Shown piece by piece: positions 9,072 through 17,002 of a stretch of DNA of 20,547 bases; the first letter of the stretch is position 1, and every line of letters begins with the position of its first letter. The position numbers and the translations under genes are program-made. The DNA lies in the sequence record DRR723986_5306; one strand, written 5' to 3'. A model generated the notes under the pieces. That model was not told the origin of the DNA and searched no databases. It was given only the letters and a program-made list of their open reading frames with translations.

Positions 9072-10196
9072 CTAAGTTGCTCCCGCTTGCTTCATGGCCT
9101 CAGGGTCGAGGCCCAGGCTGGATAGGATGTCGTGATTGTCCGCCCCCAGTACATGGGCCTGGTGGGGCACGTCCGGTTGGGTGCGGCTAAAGCGGGGGGC
9201 GGGGGCAGGCTGCTGTACGCCGTCGATATCAAGCAACACCCCGCGCTCGCGAACATGCTGATGCTCCGCCACTTCAGACATTTTCAGCACTGGGGTTACA
9301 CAGGCTTCCTTACCGCTGAATTGCTCGGCCCATTCGTCGCGGCTGCGGGTTGCCACCGCGGCAGCTATTTGGGCTTTCATCTCTGGCCAGTGTTTTTGGT
9401 CCATCTGGTGGGGGAGCGCTTCTTCACTAAGGCCGAGCCCGCTCAGCATCGCTGAATAAAATTGGGGTTCTATCGCGCCGATGGCAATGTACTCACCGTC
9501 TGAGCATTCATAGGTGTCGTAGAACGGTGCTCCGCCATCGAGGATGTTGCTGCCGCGTTGCTCCTGCCAGAAGCCGGTTTGCAGCGTCGAGAAGAAGGTG
9601 GCCATCAGCGTGGTGCTACCATCTAAGATCGAGGCGTCGACGACTTGCCCTTTCCCCGAGGTTTTGGCCTCCAGCAGCGCGCAAACCATGCCGTAGGCAA
9701 GCAGCATACCGCCGCCACCGAAGTCGCCGACTAGGGTGAGAGGCAATATCGGCTTACCTCCCTTTTCGCCTATTGAATACAGCGCACCTGAAATGGCGAT
9801 GTAATTGATGTCGTGACCGGCCTCGCGTGCCCAGGGCCCCTGTTGTCCCCAGCCGGTCATACGGCCGTAAACCAATCGCTCATTGATTGCGGTTGCGTCT
9901 TCTGGGCCGATGCCCAGTTTTTCAGTAACGCCCGGGCGAAAGCCCTCAATCAGGCCGTCTGCCGACTTGCACAGCTTTAGCGCCGCATCGATGCCCTGGG
10001 GGTGTTTTAAGTTAAGGCTGATGCAGCGTTTGCCGCGATTCATAAAGTCCAGTTTGGCATCGAGCGGGAAGGTCGGCCCTGTTGGCCGTTCAATGCGTAT
10101 GACCTCTGCACCCATATCGGCCAGCAACATACCGGCAAAGGGCCCGGGGCCAATGCCGGCAATTTCTATTATTCGCAAGCCTTTGAGTGGTCCCAT
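9072..10196 (-). CDS. CaiB/BaiF family III CoA-transferase, alpha-methylacyl-CoA racemase-like
   Basis: GPLKGLRIIEIAGIGPGPFAGMLLADMGAEVIRIER; EGFRPGV.EKLGIGP; AMACR-type catalytic motifs AGHDINY and LVGDFGGG; PAPAPRFSRT. Confidence 0.92.
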   Translation of the reverse strand: MGPLKGLRIIEIAGIGPGPFAGMLLADMGAEVIRIERPTGPTFPLDAKLDFMNRGKRCISLNLKHPQGIDAALKLCKSADGLIEGFRPGVTEKLGIGPEDATAINERLVYGRMTGWGQQGPWAREAGHDINYIAISGALYSIGEKGGKPILPLTLVGDFGGGGMLLAYGMVCALLEAKTSGKGQVVDASILDGSTTLMATFFSTLQTGFWQEQRGSNILDGGAPFYDTYECSDGEYIAIGAIEPQFYSAMLSGLGLSEEALPHQMDQKHWPEMKAQIAAAVATRSRDEWAEQFSGKEACVTPVLKMSEVAEHQHVRERGVLLDIDGVQQPAPAPRFSRTQPDVPHQAHVLGADNHDILSSLGLDPEAMKQAGAT

Positions 10197-10301
10197 GAAA
10201 TGGCTGACCTCGAGTAATTGTTATTATTTGTCGCGTCTAAAATGCGCTATACGAAGCGCTCAGCCTGTACCCTCATCGCTGGCTTAGCAAGTTACGAGGC
10301 A

Positions 10302-10817
10302 TTAAAAATTCATAATAATATTGGTCAGTTTCCAGCTCAGGTTGCGCCGGCTTAATACGAAAATGCCTTGCTCTGCTGTGCCTTCATGCAGCGTGATATG
10401 AAAGGTGTCCCAGGCGGCGTATGCCAGTTTGGCATCTTTAAACGTTTCTCTGAATTCTGCTTTTTGCGCCTCTTGTTGCTCGCGGCTTTTGGCTTGCTGG
10501 CCCTCGTTGGTGTCGAGCATGCGGCCAATGGCTTCCGGGGTGATGAACGCATCCACCATAGAATTGACGACCACCGAGCCAAATGCGGCACCCATGGCGG
10601 CAAAGGGATTGTCATTGCTCGTGCTGGCGAGCTGCTGCGAAAGGGAGGCGTTTAACTGGCTTTTTACGTTTTCCCGCAGGATCGGGAATTCGATGTTTTC
10701 GGCCAGCGCCTCGGCATCCTTGTTTTCTGCAGACGTGAACAGTTGGTATGCGGTGAGGTAGGGCGATGCGGCGACATACGCAGCGAATACTATCGCGATG
10801 ACGACAACTTTCTTCAT
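10302..10817 (-). CDS. DUF2939 domain exported protein
   Basis: Start ATG 10817 with GGAG SD (MKKVVVIAIV...); ASPY motif, IEFPILRENVKSQL, MVDAFITPE, C-terminal WKLTNI. Confidence 0.78.
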   Translation of the reverse strand: MKKVVVIAIVFAAYVAASPYLTAYQLFTSAENKDAEALAENIEFPILRENVKSQLNASLSQQLASTSNDNPFAAMGAAFGSVVVNSMVDAFITPEAIGRMLDTNEGQQAKSREQQEAQKAEFRETFKDAKLAYAAWDTFHITLHEGTAEQGIFVLSRRNLSWKLTNIIMNF

Positions 10818-10998
10818 GGGGGCTCCATTAAAACACTCGGCGCTCGCATCAGTGCCTGGCCACTTCCTGCCTGGCTGATTTGCGCACGGGGCGCGCATTG
10901 TAAACAAAGATACGTTTCGGCACGACTTTGGCCAGTTCCCGGCAATGCCGTGAAAGTCGCGAAGATGGCGATGGCTGAACAGCCGTTGGGGAGGCGCC

Positions 10999-11676
10999 CT
11001 AGTCGTTTACCGGGCTGAGCAAGCGATAGCCCACGCCGCGCCGGGTCTCAATGATGGACGTCGCGCCCGCTGCGCTGAGCTTTCGGCGCAGTCGGCTGAT
11101 ATACACATCAACAACATTGGTTTCGGGCTCCGCTGTGCTGGGCCACACACGGCTCATGATTCGTTCACGGGACCAAAAACGGTTGGGGTGGCGGGCTAAC
11201 AATTTAAGAAGGTCGAATTCCAGGGCAGTGAGGGGCACGTCCACCCCGCGCAGCTGCGCGGTATGTTCCTCGGTGTTAATGGACAGGTCTCCGCATTGCA
11301 GCTTGGGGCTTTCAACCTGGGGGGCGGCTCGTCGCACCAGTGCTTCCACGCGCGCAAGCAGCTCCTCAAAGTCGAAGGGTTTTCCCAGGTAGTCATCGGC
11401 GCCGGCGCGCAGGCCGTCGATGCGCTCATCCACGTCGGCCAGCGCAGTGAGCATAATAATCGGCACGCGGTTGCCTTTGGCGCGCAGCTGACGGCAAAGT
11501 TCTACGCCATCACCACCGGGCAGCATGCGGTCGAGGATAATAAGGTCCACGTCTGTTGCGGCGGCGAGCCCACTTGCCACATTTTCCGCAATCGAGCAGG
11601 AATAGCCCTCCGAGGACATGCCTCGCGAGATCATTGCCGCCAGTCGTTTGTCGTCTTCAACAATTAACAGCTTCAT
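10999..11676 (-). CDS. OmpR/PhoB-family response regulator
   Basis: REC (LIVEDD, LIILDRMLPGGDG, GADDYLGKPF) plus winged helix (NVVDVYISRLRRKL, IETRRGVGY); ATGA overlap with the kinase gene. Confidence 0.95.
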   Translation of the reverse strand: MKLLIVEDDKRLAAMISRGMSSEGYSCSIAENVASGLAAATDVDLIILDRMLPGGDGVELCRQLRAKGNRVPIIMLTALADVDERIDGLRAGADDYLGKPFDFEELLARVEALVRRAAPQVESPKLQCGDLSINTEEHTAQLRGVDVPLTALEFDLLKLLARHPNRFWSRERIMSRVWPSTAEPETNVVDVYISRLRRKLSAAGATSIIETRRGVGYRLLSPVND

Positions 11677-13244
11677 GGTCGTATTGGTAAGGTGATGGTC
11701 ATCGTCGTGCCGCTATCGGGGTGACTGTCTGCGCGGATATCGCCGCCGTGGGCCAGTGCGATCGCTTTGGCAACTGCAAGGCCCAAACCGAGCCCTGCAC
11801 TTTCACTGTTGTCGCGACTATTGGCTGAGGTGCCGCGGAAAAACCGGTCGAAGATATAGGGCAATTCCTGAGGGTCGATGCCCGGCCCCTGATCTTCAAC
11901 GGTGATTACAACGCCTTGATCTTCGCGTTTTGTTTGCAGGTGAATGCATCCCTGCGAGGGGCTAAAGCGTCGGGCATTGTCGATGAGAATTACCAACAGC
12001 TGACGAATTCTCGCCGGGTCGAGCAGTAAATCGGGAATGGCAGGGTCAAGGTTTGTGTGTATCGCGACGTGATTATCGGCCGTTAGCACACTCGACTCTT
12101 TGACCACGCTTTCCAGTAGCGTATTCAGCGCCACGTTTTCGCGCATTAAGCGAATTCGCTCGGCGTCTGTTCGGGCGATAAATAACATGTCGTCAACCAG
12201 TCGGCTGAGGCCGATAGACTGCTCGAGCACAATGGCCAGGGCATCCTGATAGTCTGCTTTGGTTCGGGAGTCGCCACGCAGTGCAACCTGTGCCTCACCG
12301 CGAATGACGGTGAGTGGGGTTCGCAACTCATGACTAACGTCGGCGAAAAATTGCCGCCGCACATTGTCCGAGCGCTCCAGCGCTTGGTTGGCCTCCATCA
12401 ATTCTCGCGTTCTGGAATCCACGGCCTCCTGCAACTCGCGCTCGGTGCGTGCCTGCTGGGCGGTAAATCGCGCGAGGCGCTCAGCCATCGTGTTGAAATT
12501 GGTGCTGATCTGGTTGAACTCCGCATCGGGGGTGGATGGAATGCGGTAGTCAAATTTGCCGTCAATCCAAAGGTTGGCCGCGTGGTTTAGGGTATCAAGC
12601 GGCCGCGCAATCCCTCGCACCAATACCCATGCCATTGCCAGACCCAGCACGGTAGTAATCAGTACCAGCCCAACGGCAACGCCCAGCGCTTGAGAGTGAA
12701 CGCTTTGAATCCGGTTGTTCATCAGCGCAACGACCGAGCGCTGACGTGCCAGGGCTGCATTCACTTGTTCGCGAAATCCAACGTCAATGCGCTCCTCCAG
12801 GATCGCGTCAACGCGCTGTGAGCGTTCGGAGCTGGGCGGTAACTGCAGTGCCGACGTAAAGTCTCGAATGATCAGGTCGATAAGCTGTTCCAGTTCTACG
12901 GTGTCCTCTACCGCGCCGGGTGCAAATTCCTCGCCTATTGCGTCGCGCTGTTCTATCTCCAGTGCTTTAATTTTGCCCAGCGATTCCGCGATCGCTTGAC
13001 GCTTGTTGCGCACCACACTCTGGTTGGCCGTGCTGCCCAGTAGCACTTCGTCGGTAAGTTGTTTGAAAAGCCGGTATGTGTGAACAGAAAGCTGCAAGTG
13101 TTCGTTTAATAAGTCTTGTGCGAGGTTGGCTTGATGGATGTGGCGGTCGGTGGCTTTAACCGACCAAATAGACAAGACCGCGGCCAGTAAAACCGCAAGC
13201 GTTGAAAACGCGACGACGACGCCAATTTTTGATCGATAAGTCAT
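11673..13244 (-). CDS. Membrane sensor histidine kinase (TM-periplasmic helical sensor-TM-HAMP-HisKA-HATPase)
   Basis: H-box FFADVSHELRTPL, N-box LIDNARRF, G1 DQGPGI, F-box IFDRFFRG, G2 GLGLGLAV. Start uncertain: 13244 preferred, 13286 possible. Confidence 0.93.
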   Translation of the reverse strand: MTYRSKIGVVVAFSTLAVLLAAVLSIWSVKATDRHIHQANLAQDLLNEHLQLSVHTYRLFKQLTDEVLLGSTANQSVVRNKRQAIAESLGKIKALEIEQRDAIGEEFAPGAVEDTVELEQLIDLIIRDFTSALQLPPSSERSQRVDAILEERIDVGFREQVNAALARQRSVVALMNNRIQSVHSQALGVAVGLVLITTVLGLAMAWVLVRGIARPLDTLNHAANLWIDGKFDYRIPSTPDAEFNQISTNFNTMAERLARFTAQQARTERELQEAVDSRTRELMEANQALERSDNVRRQFFADVSHELRTPLTVIRGEAQVALRGDSRTKADYQDALAIVLEQSIGLSRLVDDMLFIARTDAERIRLMRENVALNTLLESVVKESSVLTADNHVAIHTNLDPAIPDLLLDPARIRQLLVILIDNARRFSPSQGCIHLQTKREDQGVVITVEDQGPGIDPQELPYIFDRFFRGTSANSRDNSESAGLGLGLAVAKAIALAHGGDIRADSHPDSGTTMTITLPIRP

Positions 13245-13296
13245 GAACACAACGATAGCACGTTCCCGGTGGCTTGGTGTTTTCATACGCGGCGCT

Positions 13297-13352
13297 GTTC
13301 ATGTTCGGTTCATCTTCTGAACAGGCGCAGTTCATCGAACTCTCCTTAATAT
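13297..13352 (+). promoter_or_regulatory. Phased direct-repeat array (putative OmpR-family binding site) plus -10 element of the carbonic anhydrase operon
   Basis: GTTCAT at 13297, 13308 and 13330, with degenerate GAACAG at 13319 (11-bp period); TAATAT at 13347-13352. Confidence 0.6.
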
Positions 13353-13411
13353 TCATCTCGAGGCGCGGCAATGACCGCCGAGCGTGTTACTAAACCATCT
13401 GGAGATGAACG

Positions 13412-14005
13412 ATGAAAACCATGAAATCTAACAAACTGGGCAAAGGGCGCTTTACTGCCAAAGCGGCTACCGCGGTGATCGTTGGATCAGTCGCGCTGGG
13501 ATTAACTGCCTGTAGCCAAACAGAGGCCGGTTATAAAAACTCGGCGGCAATTTCTAAAGCGGATGTTCTGGCCGCGCAAAAGGCCTGGGGTGACGGGATC
13601 GTAGCGATTGGCGATGTTTATGAAGAAGGTGGTGATTACGCTGCCCGCGCCAGTGAGCACATCAGCAGCCTGTACTCCTACGGCAAATCTGAAGTGCTGT
13701 TCAAGCCGACGCTCGCCAGCGATCAGCAGTTCCGCGACAGCTTCGGTGGTGCACTGTCTTACTTTGTAGGCGGTGAGATAGAAGAAGACAAGGGCTTCGC
13801 TATCAAGCCGTGGTCGAAGGTGCGCTTTGGCGAGCAGCAAATCATTACCGACTCCGACTCGGCGGTAGCGATGGGGAACTACTTCTTCACGCCCGAGGGC
13901 GCGAGCGACGAAGTGAAGGTGGAATTTACCTTTGGCTATGTTCGCGATGAAGACGGCAACCTGCGCATCAATGTGCATCACTCCTCGCTGCCTCACAGTG
14001 GCTAA
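13412..14005 (+). CDS. COG4337 / iota-class carbonic anhydrase (NTF2/SnoaL-like fold), predicted lipoprotein
   Basis: V.AAQKAWG..IV.I, VLFKPTLA, GALSYFVGG, EDKGFAIKPW..VRF, AMGNYFF, KVEFTFGY, C-terminal LRINVHHSSLP; lipobox GLTAC (Cys34); GGAGA SD at 13401. Confidence 0.8.
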   Translation: MKTMKSNKLGKGRFTAKAATAVIVGSVALGLTACSQTEAGYKNSAAISKADVLAAQKAWGDGIVAIGDVYEEGGDYAARASEHISSLYSYGKSEVLFKPTLASDQQFRDSFGGALSYFVGGEIEEDKGFAIKPWSKVRFGEQQIITDSDSAVAMGNYFFTPEGASDEVKVEFTFGYVRDEDGNLRINVHHSSLPHSG

Positions 14006-14026
14006 TGAGAGGCTAGCAACCCAGGC

Positions 14027-14057
14027 CACCCCGCATACTTGCTATGCGGGGTGTTTT
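14027..14057 (+). terminator. Intrinsic terminator or attenuating hairpin between the carbonic anhydrase and barrel genes
   Basis: CACCCCGCATA-CTTGC-TATGCGGGGTG perfect 11-bp stem followed by TTTT. Confidence 0.7.
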
Positions 14058-14079
14058 AAGTAGCGAAACCGGTGACGTG

Positions 14080-14808
14080 ATGAAGAGTAAACTCCCCCAG
14101 CTTAGTTTTTTGCTCGTCAGTGCACTCGCGAGTACGTCGATATATGCCAACACCTCGTCGGTGTTTAGTCCCGATGTAAAGCGCGGTGACACCAGCGCCG
14201 AATACCGCGCCAGTCATGTGCCCACTGACGGTTCGCGTGGCAGTGAATTCAGCCAGCGCGTACACCTGCAGCATGCTTTTAACGACACTTGGCGGCTGCG
14301 CTTTATCAGCGCTCAAAGTAAAGATGCCGGTGAAGATTTCGCCTTCGACTACAGCAGGCTGGAGCTACAGCAGCAGTTGCTGGAAAGCGAGCATGCCGGT
14401 TGGGATGCCGCGCTGCGTTATGAGCTGCAATTGGGTGCCAATGGCAATGCGCCGGATCGCTTCCGCGTTGCCGCAACGGGAAAATGGGACTTTACCAGTG
14501 GCTGGCAGTTCAGAGCGAACCTGCTGCTGGGTAAGGAGTTTGGTAGCAATGCCGACGATGAAACGTTGCTGGAAGCGCGCAGCCAGATTACCGCGCCCTG
14601 GCAGGGCATGCGCGTGGGCGTAGAAGCCTTTAACGATTTTAACTACGACAGCGGCGTGATTGCCTACAACGAGCAAGACCACCAAATAGGCCCCATTCTT
14701 AAAGTCAAAGCGGCAGGCTTCTCCATTACCGCCAGCTATTTGATGAGCGCGTCAGACGCCGCGGATCAGCACAATTTTCGCCTGCATGTGTCCAGAGCAA
14801 TTCACTAG
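14080..14808 (+). CDS. Uncharacterised exported protein, predicted outer-membrane beta-barrel
   Basis: Sec signal MKSKLPQLSFLLVSALASTSIYA; many amphipathic strands (QRVHLQHAF, WRLRFIS, ALRYELQL, WQFRANLLL, FSITASYL, FRLHVS). ATG 14044 lies inside the hairpin, so 14080 is preferred. Confidence 0.62.
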   Translation: MKSKLPQLSFLLVSALASTSIYANTSSVFSPDVKRGDTSAEYRASHVPTDGSRGSEFSQRVHLQHAFNDTWRLRFISAQSKDAGEDFAFDYSRLELQQQLLESEHAGWDAALRYELQLGANGNAPDRFRVAATGKWDFTSGWQFRANLLLGKEFGSNADDETLLEARSQITAPWQGMRVGVEAFNDFNYDSGVIAYNEQDHQIGPILKVKAAGFSITASYLMSASDAADQHNFRLHVSRAIH

Positions 14809-14867
14809 CGTATTTGGGTGAGTCGCAAGTTTTAACAGGGCGCTCGACTAAAGAGATTGGATGTGGA

Positions 14868-14944
14868 TGGTGGGCCCGGACAGACTTGAACTGTCGACCT
14901 GCCGATTATGAGTCGGATGCTCTAACCAACTGAGCTACGGGCCC
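14868..14944 (-). tRNA. ileX: tRNA-Ile2 (CAU anticodon, lysidine-modified, reads AUA)
   Basis: 77 nt GGGCCCGTAGCTCAGTTGGTTAGAGCATCCGACT-CAT-AATCGGCAGGTCGACAGTTCAAGTCTGTCCGGGCCCACCA; acceptor stem GGGCCCG/CGGGCCC with C4-G69 and C5-G68; encoded CCA; downstream of rpoD. The tRNA itself is certain; Ile2 rather than Met is inferred. Confidence 0.9.
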
Positions 14945-14990
14945 TGGGAAGGTGGTTGCCAAGCCGCCACTGATGCCGGCTTTTGACCAA

Positions 14991-15026
14991 GCGCGCATTA
15001 TAAAGAGGCCTTGTCTGCAATGCCAG
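14991..15026 (-). promoter_or_regulatory. Sigma70 promoter of the tRNA with GC-rich (stringent) discriminator
   Basis: Minus strand CTGGCA-N18-TATAAT-GCGCGC. Confidence 0.65.
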
Positions 15027-15055
15027 CGACAGTCGTGCGCTGGCGTTATTCTCTG

Positions 15056-15083
15056 TGTAATTTTACAGCGGTGCTGCCATAAT
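15056..15083 (+). promoter_or_regulatory. Putative extended -10 promoter and palindrome upstream of the cyclase operon
   Basis: TGcCATAAT at 15075-15083; TGTAA-TT-TTACA inverted repeat at 15056-15067. Confidence 0.35.
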
Positions 15084-15113
15084 TGGCCTAACCACGCTGG
15101 CGCGGAGTCTATT

Positions 15114-16982
15114 TTGAAAGATCAACAACGCATAGAGAAGGCGTACCTGGACGATGTTCGCCAAAGCTTGTATGCCTCTTTGGCGGCGATGCGCAGCCGC
15201 TTGTCCTCGGTGGTTGCTGAGTTGCAGGGCCAGCCCGATGTGCTGGCAGATCTGGAGCGAGTGGTCGGTGCTCTGCAAGCGCTGGAGGCTTCCCTCAGCG
15301 CTGCTGGTGAACACGATGACGACACGGCACTGGCGAGGCTTCGTCATGACCAGCGCAATCATATCGGCGTGGTTGAAGGCTACCTTGAAATTGTATTGGA
15401 TGACTTGGCCGACGATGCACCGCAGGCAGTGGCATTGCGAGAAATTGCTGACTTATCCCGACAATTCCATGTAGCGCTGGAAAAATTTCGCCGCCCCAAC
15501 CAGCAAAGCGATGATACGGATCCGGTCTCGGCAATATTTAAGAGCTTTCGCCGAGGTTTGTCGTCGGGGCCGCGCAGCGCCGAGCCGGCGACGATTTTGG
15601 TGGTCGATGATAACGACAGTGGACGAGAGCTAATCGCACAGCAATTGCAGCGCCAGGATTATCTGGTGGTGGAGGCGGCGAGTGGCGAGCGCTGCCTGGA
15701 GGTTATGCGCAGCGCCAGGCCTGACCTCGTGTTACTGGACCTAGTGATGCCGGGCTTGAATGGCTACGAGGTACTGCAGGCAATTCGCGATGATGAGGAG
15801 CTGCGACGCATTCCGGTGGTGGTGATCAGTGGTGTGCAGGATGAAGTTGGCGCGATTCATTGCATCGATGCTGGCGCCAGTGATTACCTGATTAAGCCCG
15901 TTAATGCCACGCTGCTGAACGCCAGGGTGTCGGCGCTGCTGGAGCGCAAGGCCTGGCAGGATCGCGAACGGGAGTATCTTGCCGAGCTGGAGAAGAGCCA
16001 GCGGTTTATCCGCAAAGTGTTTGGTCGCTACTTATCCGATGAGATCGTTCAGCGCCTGCTGGATGATAACGATGGGCTGACGCTGGGCGGCGAGCGTCGC
16101 CGTGTGACGGTGTTGATGGCTGACATTCGTGATTTTTCCACCATTAGTTTGCAGTTGGAGCCGGAGCGCTGTGTAAGCCTGCTGAACAACTATCTCGCGG
16201 TGATGACTGAGGTGATCCAAGCCTATCGCGGCACGGTGGATGAGTTTGTTGGCGATGGCATTTTGGCCGTTTTCGGCGCGCCGCTGCGGGAAGATGATGA
16301 CGCCGACCGAGCGCTGGCCTGCGCAGTGGCCATGCAGCAGGGAATGGCTAAGGTGAATGCGCGCAATGTGGCCGAGGGCCTGCCCGCGATTGAAATTGGC
16401 ATCGGCTTGAATACCGGCGATGTTATTGCGGGCAATATCGGTTCCGAGTTGCGCAGTAAGTACGGTGTGGTGGGGCACAATGTGAACCTGACCTCGCGTA
16501 TTGAGTCGTGCACCGCTGCTGGCCAGATACTCGCATCGCCCAGCACCCTGGCATTTAGCCGTGTTGAAGTACTGTGCGGCAAGCGCATTAGCGTTTCGGT
16601 GAAGGGGCTCGACGAGCCGTTGGAGCTCAGTGAGGTGCTGGGTGTTGGCCTGCCTTATGACCTGCTGCTGGAGGGCAGAGACGAGCCCTGGCACCAGTAT
16701 GCGCAACCGATAGCAATGCATATGAGCGTGCTGGTGGATAAGCGTTTGGGGGCTGAGCGCCTCCCGGTAAGCTTGCACGCTTGCCGCGATAATGCGCTGT
16801 TAGTGGCCTGCGACACAGCGCTTCAATTGCCGGTCGATGTCTGCTTGTTTGGTCCCGACGATACGCTCTCTCTGTACGGCAAGATTGTCGGTCAAGAGGC
16901 GGGAAACTACGAATTAAGAATGACCGTTAACCCCAGTTTGCACGCGCAGTTGTTGGCGCTGGATAGCCGCGACGCTAAGTAA
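15114..16982 (+). CDS. DHp(HisKA-like)-REC-class III nucleotide cyclase, predicted guanylate cyclase (Cya2-type), with a C-terminal beta-rich extension
   Basis: TTG start at 15114 after GGAG; H-box-like LRHDQRNHIGVVEGYLEIVLDD; REC ILVVDD..LVLLDLVMP..DYLIKP; cyclase LMADIRDFS, VDEFVGDG, GNIGSELRSKYGVVGHNVNLTSRIES. Confidence 0.88.
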   Translation: MKDQQRIEKAYLDDVRQSLYASLAAMRSRLSSVVAELQGQPDVLADLERVVGALQALEASLSAAGEHDDDTALARLRHDQRNHIGVVEGYLEIVLDDLADDAPQAVALREIADLSRQFHVALEKFRRPNQQSDDTDPVSAIFKSFRRGLSSGPRSAEPATILVVDDNDSGRELIAQQLQRQDYLVVEAASGERCLEVMRSARPDLVLLDLVMPGLNGYEVLQAIRDDEELRRIPVVVISGVQDEVGAIHCIDAGASDYLIKPVNATLLNARVSALLERKAWQDREREYLAELEKSQRFIRKVFGRYLSDEIVQRLLDDNDGLTLGGERRRVTVLMADIRDFSTISLQLEPERCVSLLNNYLAVMTEVIQAYRGTVDEFVGDGILAVFGAPLREDDDADRALACAVAMQQGMAKVNARNVAEGLPAIEIGIGLNTGDVIAGNIGSELRSKYGVVGHNVNLTSRIESCTAAGQILASPSTLAFSRVEVLCGKRISVSVKGLDEPLELSEVLGVGLPYDLLLEGRDEPWHQYAQPIAMHMSVLVDKRLGAERLPVSLHACRDNALLVACDTALQLPVDVCLFGPDDTLSLYGKIVGQEAGNYELRMTVNPSLHAQLLALDSRDAK

Positions 16983-17002
16983 GCCGATTAAAGAGATGTG
17001 AT

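Noticed and set aside
10818-10907. Longer start for the DUF2939 ORF (10907)
   Set aside because: The signal/TM segment begins at Met 10817, which has a GGAG SD; the extension looks non-coding.
14044-14079. ATG 14044 as start of the barrel gene
   Set aside because: It lies inside the 11-bp hairpin stem; the signal peptide begins at 14080.
10818-14867. Intact integrative element at the tRNA 3' end
   Set aside because: No integrase gene and no duplicated tRNA 3' end (TGGTGGGCCCGG) seen by eye in the window.
14868-14944. tRNA-Met or tRNA-fMet call from the CAT anticodon
   Set aside because: G1-C72 is paired and the anticodon stem lacks three consecutive G-C pairs of the initiator type; the acceptor stem and position near rpoD fit Ile2 better.
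14952-15113. N-terminal extension of the cyclase ORF from GTG 14952
   Set aside because: It overlaps the tRNA promoter, encodes an implausible Cys-rich sequence and lacks an SD; TTG 15114 has GGAG at 6 nt spacing.
13412-16982. Idea that the cyclase is a bicarbonate-activated adenylate cyclase coupled to the neighbouring carbonic anhydrase
   Set aside because: Bicarbonate-responsive class III adenylate cyclases carry a Lys/Thr substrate pair; this one has Glu/Gly. The modules are also separated by a tRNA and have separate promoters.
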